NCBI RefSeq assembly: GCF_006345805.1
Contig: NW_021836289.1
Span: forward strand, 1-64,000
Source: Octopus sinensis
Taxonomy: Eukaryota
Reading direction: 5' to 3'
DNA: 64,000 bases
Position 1 is the first letter of the stretch. Every line of letters begins with the position of its first letter. A program made the position numbers and the translations under genes. The notes below the pieces were generated by a model. The model was not told the DNA's origin. It saw only the letters and a program-made list of their open reading frames with translations, and did no database searches. Shown piece after piece: positions 12,401 through 23,329 of this stretch.

Positions 12401-13497
12401 TAAACAGAGAATAATTATTAGATAGATGACAATTACAACAATGGATTATTGAATACCAAATTACAAAAGAACAAATGAAAAGAAAAAGTGCACCACCAAC
12501 AACGTGCCAAAAATTCTGTTCTTGAGAAAAAATATTGGCCTTGACCATTTTTCTTCATTGCCATTCCACTTTCCAGCTTATTAATGCAGGATTGTAATGT
12601 TGGTGAAGCTTAAAGATCTTCAATTTTTATGTATTTTGAATTAAAAGTTGAAAATTGCACAATTTTCGTGCGTCAAAGTGAGTTTGACAAACTTTTTCAC
12701 TCGAAAATTTTTAATTTAGGAAAGAAGAGAAATATTTATTTAAACAATTTTAGGTTCATTTGAGGAAATTTACTCTATTTATAAATGTAAACAAATCGTG
12801 GATATTTCTATATACAGTGAACAAAAATAAAAACTAAACATGCTTTTTCTTATAATTTACAATGGGACAACATTGCAAATATTCTCAAATTTATTCTTTA
12901 CATAAATTACAGTATTTTACATTTTTTAGTTTTTTTGATAAATATATATGCCCTTTTTATGAAATCGAAAATTCAAAACTAAAAAACTGCGTATTGGTTG
13001 AGCAACATGATTAGAGCCACTTTGAATAAGAGGTCAGAACAACATTTTAGCGGGTATTGAATTCTCATTAGAACCTCTGACATCGTGACTTTATCGTCAG
13101 AGATAGTTCATAGATCGTAGTCTTTAATACCCTGTTGAGATTATAAATAAAGAAGCAAGTTATTCTAGACATTATAATTGTATTTAACATAATTATGGAT
13201 ATGTTCTGGGAATGATTACCAAATATTTAACTGCAGCATTCCATACAAATTCTTAGTTAAATAAATATAACAAAATGACTATGATGCAACTCGATCTTTG
13301 TTTCCATGATAAAAACAGAATCTCTTAGCTAACGAGACTTTAAAAAGTATATGTATTTCATAGGAAATTTATGACTGTTTAAAAACCAACGTAATTTGTA
13401 AAATATGCATCCAAAAATAAAATTTTTCATATGTATTAAACCATCCAAAACAATAATTTTCTATAAAAACTTACAAAATAACAATTTTATGAAAAAA

Positions 13498-15898
13498 TCA
13501 TCTAAGAGAAAATACGAGCTTCCGACTGTTCAACGACCGAAAGCACCTGGAAATCCTCGCCTCAGTGGATGCTAATATAAAGAGCACACAACATACCAAT
13601 ACTATTATCAATCCAATCCATCGACTTGATCAAGGCAGATAAAACCTTCCTCACATTAAAATCCTACAAATCAAAAACAGGGCCAAACCACACTGTCGGG
13701 GCAATCATTGTCATTTATCCTCATCACATTCTCAATATGATCGACATCCTTGGAGTAACCCCCAATCTTATTCTCAATGTCCTCCATCATTTGATACCTA
13801 CATCACCTCACTCAACTACAAATATGTCTTGGATGTGCTCGACTTGTTCATTTTGGACACACTCACTTCGATCGAGTCCATCAACCTCTCCAGCATTTCC
13901 TGAGTATTCGAAACAAATTTGAGTTCGCTGTTTATATCCCCACACAATTCTCAATTTCACTCAACTTGGTCTCCATTTCAGTCAACTTGGATATTACGTA
14001 ATCACACAATACTTTTTCGTCATCCTCAATCAACTGGAAGTCAATCTCATTCAGTCGCTTTAATTTTTCATCAAAGATCTGCTTTTAGAACTCAATTGCC
14101 TTATTCTCGTCTCCAAATATGCCTCCAGTTGATAATAATTCATGTTTTCGAAACTAAAATCCCTCAAAAAACTCACCTCATTTGTGTTTGGCCTGGACTA
14201 TCTGAATGAATTTGCCTATAATTGTATCAAACCTCACAATACGTTTGAAAATCGGCAGTGGAACATGATTTAGGCACATTAGGCTCAATATTTGGTAAGG
14301 AGGTAGGCAAGGTCGATGATTGAGGGACTCCACTCTCACCAGAAGCTGGGAAGGAGGCCAAATTTGATTCAAATGTAACAGTTGATTGAACTGGGACAGA
14401 AATTGGAGCTGCAGTGGTTGAAAGCTCCGAACTTTGGCCTGATTGTTGTGAATATATAAAGATATACTGAAAGGTTGAGAATAAGAAGAGACAGATGGAA
14501 TAATCGAGATTGGTTGTGTGGCTGAAGTAGTGAACATTGCTGATGTCTGGAGGGAAGGAATTTGAGATGAAGGAGTAGAAGAAAGAAAAGTTGTTTGGGT
14601 AATTCCAGGGGAATTCGAGTGCTGGGTAGAAAACAATGGAGCATTTGAAATGACTTGTGAGGTGATATTTTCTGATATATTTGGAATTCCTTGTTGGGAG
14701 GTCACAGCTGATGGAATATTGAATAGGCCTTGTTGTGTGTCACAGTTGATGGGTTGCTGAATAGACTTGTTGGGATGTCCAAGTGATGGAATATTGAATA
14801 GACCTGTTGGGTGTCACAGTGATGGAATGTTAAATAGGCCCTGTTGGGAGGTCACAGTTGTGGAATGTTAAATAGACCTTGTTGGGAGGCCCAATTGTTG
14901 GAATATTCGAAAATCCCAGTTGTTGAGAGTCACAATTGATGGAATGTTGAATAAACCTTGCTGGAAGTCACAGTTGATGGAATGTTAATAGGCCTTGCTG
15001 TGAGGTCGTAGTAGATGGAATGTTGAATAGGCCTTGTTGGGGGGTCCCAATTGATTGAATATTCGAAAAGCCTGTGTTGGATGTCGCATTGATGGAATGT
15101 TGAATAAACCTTGCTGGGAAGTCACAGTTGAATGGAATATTGAATAGCCTTGCTGTGAGGTCGCAGTTGATGGAATATTGAACAGACTTGTTTGGATGTC
15201 CAACTGATGGAATGTTGAATAGGCTTTGTTTGGGACGTTCCAGTTGTTTTTTTGTTTTTTGATGGAATATTGAATAGGCTTTGTTGGGAGTTTCCAGTTG
15301 ATGGAATATTGAATAAGCCTTGTGGGAGGTTCCAGTTGATGGAATGTTGAATAGACCTTGTTGGGACGTTCCAGTTGATGGAATATTGAATAGGCCTTGT
15401 TGGGATGTCACAGTTGATGGAGTGTTGAATAGGCCTTGTTGTGAAGTATTTTGTCCTTGGATTGGGAAAGGAGCATTAAAAGATTGTTGACAGGTCACAA
15501 TTCAAAGGGCTGTGAAATAATTGAATTGGTTTGTGCCCCCGAGTTAGGAAATGTTCCAAAAGATTGAGAAGTAAAACAGATTGACCCGTTGACTGAAAAC
15601 TTTGATTTCCTTGACTTTAGGGTTCCAAAACTTCCTGTGGCCGGAGAAGTTGGAAATGCTTGATTTTGACCCCAAAGGCTCTGAGAATAGAAAATCCTTG
15701 TGATTGAGTTCCAATATTTTGAGATGTTTGGCCAAATATGCTTTGATTTTGAGACCCAAAAATCCTGTCTGAGTAGTTGCAGGGTTCCAAAAGAAGTATT
15801 TGAAAATAAGTTAGTTTGAGGCTGATTTCCGATAAAGCAGACGATTGAGATATATTTTGGTTAGGATTTTGATTATTACTCCAAGAAGAAAAATTCAT
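13498..15898 (-). CDS. NUP62: Nucleoporin NUP62/Nsp1 with an expanded low-complexity N-terminal half
   Basis: Q/S/T/F-rich N-terminus (SIFGQTSQ, SFGT) followed by coiled-coil peptides MNYYQLEAYLETRIRQL..LNEIDFQLIEDDEKV..ELKFVSNTQEMLERLMDSIE..VLSALIKSMDWIDNSIASTEARI. These align by eye to the Nsp1_C domain. Tiny introns and frameshifts are present. Confidence 0.72.
14700..15445 (-). repeat. Coding minisatellite, 39-bp unit (TSQQGLFNIPSTG), about 19 copies
   Basis: The plus-strand unit cagttgatggaatattgaataggccttgttgggatgtca recurs across the interval. The ORF track shows the 13-aa repeat. Confidence 0.9.
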
Positions 15899-16089
15899 TT
15901 GAAATAAAGTCTAATTTTAATTTACCAAAAAAAAAACCACACGTGATATTGACTATTATTTTAATATATTTTTTTTTGATTTTATTCCATAAATATCTGC
16001 ATATTATATAAAAAATTTGTTCGATTTAAAGCTAATTATCCTCTCTTTATATCCTCTCTTTTTATTCACTTTCACACTGATTTTTTTTT

Positions 16090-18786
16090 TCGCAAAGAGC
16101 CCGATTTGGCTAAAAATCAATGCCTCAACTCAAGAGGAACTCTTATACTTGATCAACTTGACGGTCTGGTCATCCTCAACAACTCCTCATCCCATACCAG
16201 AACCCCGTCAAGATATGGCGACGCAATCTCCTCTCCCGACATCTCACTGTGTACTCCTATTCTGGCCTCCGTTACCTCCTGGAAGGTGGTTTATGACCTA
16301 ACCAGTGACCATAACCCAATCATAATCGAGAATGCTCTAAAATCTAACATTGACCTACAACGCCGCTGTTACACTAACTACAAAAGAGCTTCCTGGGACG
16401 AATACCGCCTTGCCCTAGAAAACTCTCTGAACGATTTCAACATCAACAGCTTTCGCTCGACTGATGCAGCAGTCAATCACCTTAATGCTCTCATCATTTC
16501 CACCTCCAAAAAATTCATCCCCCAAGGAAAATTGAAAAGTTCCGCCCTAATTACAGCCACGAAGTGAAATCCCTCATAAAGACTCGCAACAAGCTGAAAC
16601 AGACATCAAGGCACTCTGCCGATCCATTGAATTGGCTAACCTAAACAAACAAATCACCGCTGCCATTAACCTGCACGCAGATTCTAAGTGGACCGAATTT
16701 ATCACCTCAATCGACTACAGATCTAACAGCTCCAAAATCTGGAAGACCCTGAAGGACATGAATGATCTGATTTATGAAAAGCCCAAGTCCCATGAATCTG
16801 CCACTTCTAACTCAAACATCCCACTGAATCCGGTTCAGGAGGCAAACTCGCTCATGAACTACTACGCCTCCTTAAGCCACAAAACCTCAACAAAAAACGA
16901 TCGGAAGGTCGCCAAATCTCGGAGGAGCTTACCTCGCACGGAATCCTTACCGCCTTCACTGCAGACGAAGTTTCGCAGTGTATAAAAAACTCGAAGAATT
17001 CCCCCGCCACGGGCCTGACAACATTTCTATCCACCACCTTAAAAGACTTGGCCCTAACGCCATCAACGCTATAGTGTCTATTTTCAACAATTCCGTTGTA
17101 AAAAACGAAATTCCATCTCTTTGGAAAAAATCACGTATCATCCCGTTAATCAAACCGAACAAACCGGCTGGCATTCCAAGCTCCTACCGCCCAATCTCTC
17201 TTTTGTGCACGCTATCTAAAATCCTCGAAAGACTAATCCTTTCACGAGTCTCGAAGCACTTACCAACATCCCACACCCAACATGGCTTCAAACCACTGCA
17301 CTCAACAACCACTCACTTAACAACGCTTTCCCAGTTCGTCCTGGACGGCTTCAATGAGAAGAGGCCCCCTAAACGAACAGTTCTAGCTTCCATCGACATA
17401 TCTAAAGCTTTTGACAGCGTCCCCCGTTGCGGTCTCACCAAGAAATTTCTCACGACCGGCCTAGACTCAAACTACAAATCCTGGCTTGCTAACTTCTTAT
17501 CGGGCCGCATGGGCTACGTCTCCCTCATGGACCATTGTTCCAAACAACGCTATCTTCCAAACGGGGTACCGCAGGGTCCGTGCTGTCTCCATCCCTGTTC
17601 AATCTTTACTTGCATGACTTCCCGGCAAACGACCCTAACAACTTGACACTATCTTACGCTGACGACATTATTATTGCCTCAAAACACGAAGACTACAAAG
17701 CTGCCTCCTTCAACCTTCAGCAACAACTCCACTCCGTTGAGAATTGGCTCAGAGAAAACAGGCTCGAGGCCTCGTCCTCCAAGTCCTCGGTCACCCTATT
17801 ATCTTCCGACAGAAGACAATCAAACATACATCCCAACCTATCTCTCTTTGGCTCTGTTCTCCCACTATCAAACACCCCACTGTTCTCGGACTAACTAACT
17901 TCGACCCAACGATGTCCTTCAATAAACATGTCTCGAAGATCTCTGACAAGGCTAACAGGCGTACAAATATCCTGAAAGCAATAAGTGGTCACATCACTGG
18001 TGCGCAGAAACCACTTCTCAAACGTGTGTATAACAATACATTCGCCCTGTCCTAAGCTACGCGAGTCCGAGTTGGGCTCCCTGTCTATCTATGAGCTCCT
18101 CTTTGGCTCTCCAATCAATTCAAAACAAAGCCATGCGCATCATATCCGGGTGCCTGAAATCAACACCCATCGACCATCTGCACTGTGAAACCAACCTCCT
18201 CCCGATAGAGGAACATCTAAACATGAGAGGAGCACAATTCCTATTCGCTTCGCGAAAATTCTACCACCCTTGCACTGCCCTAAACACGCTAAATGACAAC
18301 GGCCGTGCATTGAAGAACACGCCTGCCAAACTATACTCCCGGGTACTTGCCAAAATCAATGGCCTAAACCAATGTTCACAGCCAATGAAAAAAATCCACG
18401 ACTTCATTTCAACGTCGTCCATTCTAAGGCTGAAGCCTAACTCTGTCCTCAACAAACTTCCTCCAGAAGTTCACCCCTCCGAAATGCTTCTGGAGCGTTC
18501 CGCTCAGATCAACCTTGCTCGTTTCCGCTCGGGCCACCACCACTCACTAAACTCCTACGCTCACTCATTGAACGCCGTGATCTCCCCGGTATGCAACCTC
18601 TGCTGTGCCGAAGATCACTCAACTGACCACCTTTTCGCTGCCCGTGTCTCCTCCCTGTCCGCAGGAAATTTGCTGTCCACTCCCCCGAGGTCCTTTGGAG
18701 CAACCCGCGAAGGCGCTGTTGTTTCTGCTAGCCGCCGGTCTCATACCCTAATGTGAGACCGGGGTTATGCAACAACAACAACAACA
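16090..18786 (+). mobile_element. Ingi/Vingi-like non-LTR retrotransposon, 5'-truncated (APE end, RT, C-terminal Cys/His motif)
   Basis: SPDISLC..SDHNPI (APE end), SYRPISLLC, QHGFKP, DISKAFDSV, GVPQG, YADD, and LARFRSG..LNSY..CNLC..HSTDHLF. 3' hairpin and (CAA)5 tail at 18770-18786. Confidence 0.85.
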
Positions 18787-19254
18787 CTGTCTTTATACAA
18801 ATGACTGACTTGAAAGTAAATGTACCTTACTACTTTGTTATATCTTCTGACATGATCGTTGTTAAGTATTTTCCGGCATTGAGGTGCCTCACTTTCGAGA
18901 CAATGTTTTCTTTCCATAGTCGATTAAAAATTTCTACATTTACATTTGACTAGTTGGAAATGAATTCTTTATAAACAAAACATTTAAGCACTATTAATTA
19001 TTTTGAAACTTTTTTCCCTTAATTTTGTATTTAGATTAATTCGCTTACTGTAATTTAGAAATTATAATTAATTTGATATTTTACATTCATCCGACAATTA
19101 TCACCAACTTTGGTAAGCCCGATCCTTTTTGATTACAACTAATTTAGATCACTGGTCTTGACCTATTATTTTAAATGTTAATAGTTCAGTTGTTTGGACG
19201 AAATTCTATTTAGACTTTTATCATTAATTTCCTTTTGTTAGATTTGATTTAGAA

Positions 19255-20606
19255 CAGGGGTGTCAAACACTCGGCCCTCAGCGTACTTTGGCAAACATAA
19301 ATGCGGTCTGATTTAATGGCTATAAAATACAAAAAAGGCCGAGTCTGTGATCGACTCCGATGGAATGGCAGCATCGTTTAGCCACGTCCCGATACTGGAG
19401 AGAGGGAGAGCATTCAGCCAACTGCCTGAGTGTTTTTAATTGTATTTTTAAATCGTGTTTTCAATGTCACGTGCTTCTTCTGGAATAAAAAAGAAACGCT
19501 CCTTGAAAGATGAACGGAGATTGTTTCAAGATAAATGGGAACTTCCTATTTTTGCACAAGACTTGTTTAAAGATATTTCATTAACAAAAAATACTGTTGC
19601 CGAGCACATTAATGAAATGGCATTGAATTTGAAACACCAATTAAAGTCTGATTTGTTAAAATTTGAATATTTTTCAATTGCAATTGATGAAACAGTCTAA
19701 GTCGTTAGAATTGCACAATTAGCAATTTTTTTAGAGCGTGTGATTCAGATTTTAATATTTATGCAGAATTTCTCGAACTGGTACCAATGCACGATACTAC
19801 TACAAGTAAAGATATCTTTATAAAACTACTACAATTCTCTTTGATATGGTTTGATTTGAAAAGCGTGTATGTTTATGCACTGATGGTGCTCCGAATATGG
19901 TTGGACGACATGCTGGCGTTTCCGCCAAATTGCGAGCTGAAATAGAAAAGGTAAATCCGGGTCATCATTTGCTCATTTTCATTGTATTATTCATCAACAT
20001 ATTTGTGCTCAAAGATATTAAAATGGAAAATATTATTAGTTTGGTCACGAAAACGTAAACTATATCAGAGGTCATCCCCTCAACCACCGGCAGTTTAGTA
20101 ACTGCTGACAGATATTAATAATCAGTTCAGCAATGCAGATGAAAGTTTACAAATGGAACTATTGGTAATCCAATCAGATTCTATACTTAAAGCTAAATAT
20201 TTGGAGGTTGGAATACCTGCTTTCTTTCATATCTTCCTGGAAGTTTAAAAACTTTAAAATTTGCAAAAAAACATTGATATGTTTGGTTCGACATATGTGT
20301 GTAAACAGCTTTTTTCATTTATGAAAATGACAAAAACTGCTCAAAGAACAAGACTAACTGATGAACATTTATCATCTTTAATAAAAGTCTGAAACTACAC
20401 GAATAGCTCAGCCTGACATATCAAAAATTGTATCTAAAAAAGATGTCAATCCTCTTAAAGCAGCTCTCACCAAAATTAAAGGGCGATGATTGAATAATTT
20501 AGTTTCTCTATTCTGGTTATTCATCATAATAATATCAGACTAATCTTCCCTTAATGAGAAATTTTTTAAATGGGGCCCTCAAAGCGAAATGAGTTTGACA
20601 CTCCTA
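19255..20606 (+). mobile_element. Internally deleted hAT transposon (Buster/SPIN/GTF2IRD2-like)
   Basis: TIRs caggggtgtcaaac / (rc) taggagtgtcaaac. 8-bp TSD atttagaa (19247-19254) vs atatagaa (20607-20614). Transposase remnants ERRLFQDKWE, FSIAIDE, CTDGAPNM, HCIIHQ. Confidence 0.88.
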
Positions 20607-20629
20607 ATATAGAATGTAGGAGAATGGCT

Positions 20630-21450
20630 CACAACCTACAACAATGTCTCTCTTGCCACTTCTACCACCATTCCTACCAAGAACGTTCTGACTTCCGTCA
20701 GTTCCAGAGATGTCATTGAAGTGGGCTGAAAATATTTCAGCCACCTCAGGTCCGAGACGAGGGTTCCATCAGAGCGTTTAGGGCGCACTGAATTTGCCTG
20801 CCCTTTCTCTGACAGGCTCTTCAACTGTTTCCAGAAGTCCGGGAAGCGAGCGTCTACGCTTCTGCAGGCCCGCTCCCACCGTGAACTTTCGAATTCACGA
20901 ATTTCTCTTCGGATCTCCCTCTGAAGCCGGCTAATCCAGCCACGAAACCAAACACGGTTTTCCTTGTAAACGCATTTGTCCCGTAGTCTGGACAGCCGGC
21001 GCTTGAATTTAATTTTATTTAAAACCCGGTACGGGAGCGTGGAATGTGAATTACCCTGCACTGAGTTCTGTTTGAAATTATCTCGCATATAATCAGTCAG
21101 GGCAGTATTGATTCCGTTATCTAACGCCTCCAACTCATGTATGTTGGCAGAAATATTCCCCACCAGAAGTGAGGTCAACCTGCCGGCAATGAACCTCTCC
21201 AAGTTGGCCCAAGAACCCGACCGGAGGTCAAAGTATCATGGAACCCATTGAGGAACTGGCTCCCGGAGTTAGTGCAATAGAGGCAGATGATCGCTTCCGA
21301 TATCGGGCAATAAAATTGTTTTACTAACCCAATTTAGCATTCCAGGACTGACCAGAGCAAGCCCTAGCCAATCTCGTCCGCCTCGGAGTCGATGTGGTTT
21401 GGCTCACTTGAAGATCGGACTTTCACAGATAGCATATCTCGACATCAATC
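20630..21450 (-). mobile_element. Degenerate APE-type non-LTR retrotransposon fragment (APE end and linker, Jockey/I-like)
   Basis: DIGSDHLP (APE end) followed by a helical linker LQREIRREIREFESSRWERAC..FWKQLKSL...AEIFSAHF. No RT core remains. Confidence 0.65.
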
Positions 21451-22271
21451 AAAGAACCATCTCAGATCACTGTGTGCCCGTATAACAGAATGATGACCAA
21501 TAATTAAAGCAACAATTAAGAGAAAAAGAATTTATTATGGAAATTAGTTAACCTTCCATGTCAATGCATTTAATTTTGGCCAATTCCGTCTTCTCGCATA
21601 AGTAAGGGGCGAGGAGGTTGCTAACCGACGGAAAGAGCAACATGGGATCCCACCATGTCCAAGAATTGGGGAATTTGCCAATGTAAAGGCTGCAGATTAC
21701 CACATGTATCGCGAAAGTGGAGGCAATGTAGTCAAAGGACACCTGCGATCGCCCGATCGTGTTCCAGAAGACCAGCGCCCTACAAATACAGAAAATTGAT
21801 ACAAGGCAATCGAGGACATTAAATATGACATGAACACCGATAATGGAGTAAAGTCAAACATTCAAAGCCTGAGCTTAATTAACAACTGTTTACGTAAGGA
21901 CTAAAAATCTGACTGAGTGACATGGGAAATTTGAACATAAGAGAGAAAATGAATAAATGAACGACAATGGATAGTATAGACTGAAGAGTAGTATTAAAGA
22001 TCGCAGATCACCAAAGTTGGGTTGGTGTTAGGCCCTCACAAAATATTGTAGAAATTTCCGTAGCATACAACAAGAATTAATAAACTAATCGATTCCAACT
22101 AACAAATAAATACAATTTACTAAAATAGAATACAAAAATAAATTAAATAAATAGCTGTATTTCGACCTTGGATTTTCGGATCTTGAACTTGACGGAATTG
22201 CTTCCCCCCAATCGTGTGCTTGTTTACCGATTTAATTTCCAGATTTAAAGCAAAAATAATGTTTAGTTTAA

Positions 22272-23243
22272 TCAGAAGAAAACAATGAGAACTGTCACAT
22301 TATCGCCTCCGAGTCGTCTGACTGCTTCATGGACGACATTGTCACATACCCTCGAGGACTGGTCTGACTAAACGATCACGATGTAATTAGACTCCAATTT
22401 TTTTTACGACTTGATCTGCACTCAGACTCGTCCACAAACCATCACAAGCAATTACCAAGAATTTGTCTGTCTCCCTGTTGATGTTGTACTTTCGGACTTG
22501 TGGAAGAGCTGTCACTCCATATGCCTTGAAAACCCATCGCCGATCGACCGAGTCACTGCTAGTTTGCCTATCACTCGTCCATCTCTACAAATCAGTTCAC
22601 AAACAAACTTAATGTTCCCCCCACATTTATGTATTCGAGTTCTTTCGCTGTAATCACTCGGACTGTGGTCGTTTGTGAGAGTCAGGGCAATCCAGTCGTC
22701 TTGTTCCTGTCGGGAGATGACTGCCTGAAATGAATCAGCAACCTAACCTTGCTATCCCCCACATGGGCTACATAAATGACGTCATTTAATATTAATACTG
22801 CAGTGGCAGTGCTCCCGTCCTTCCATTGGGGACTGTTCTTGCTTGCTTCGGTCATAAAGCTCGGTCTGTCTTGATGAAGGCTTCAATGAGTGACTGTTTG
22901 ACTGTTTTGTCAGTCCACTCTGAACAGGTTGGGAGAGCAGTGGCAAGGTGAGTGTGGAGATGCTTCGCTGCGAACTGTGCGGCTCGAGGACCCGAATGTC
23001 CATCATACACAGCATAGAAGCAGCTGTCGTTATGTCCGACGGTCTGGGAATACATTTTGAAGAGTACTTGGAGATGTGGAAGTGGTCGTAGAGGTCGTCG
23101 ATTATTACATGTGCATCCTCCATTTCTCTGCGTTCCCCCTTGGTGGAGGACACTTTGCTTATAAGAAGGGACTCAGTTCGTGCACGTTTATTGGGAAACA
23201 CTGATTCGCCACTTAGTGAGTGTTTTGATGCACACATGTTCAA
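22272..23243 (-). CDS. ILKAP: ILK-associated PP2C phosphatase
   Basis: KGERREMEDAHVI, FYAVYDGHSG..AAQFAAKHLH, DGSTAT, AHVGDSKAV, DHSPSDYSERTRI, VTRSIGDG, IACDGLW, GDNVTVLIV. Includes a 23-nt intron gttaggttgctgattcatttcag. Confidence 0.85.
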
Positions 23244-23329
23244 ACACTAAATAAATTAATTAATAGTTATTTAGATTCCGTTCTCGTATTAGTGCAAGGA
23301 TAGGGAAATTTATGTCAACGCGGGGTCTA

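Noticed and set aside
9462-12535. Target-site duplication for the CRE element (agaaaaata vs agaaaaaata)
   Set aside because: Imperfect and low-complexity in AT-rich DNA, so the 5' boundary is left undefined.
14216-14232. Possible 17-nt intron in NUP62
   Set aside because: Removing it does not restore the frame without a further indel, so a record-short intron cannot be claimed from this assembly.
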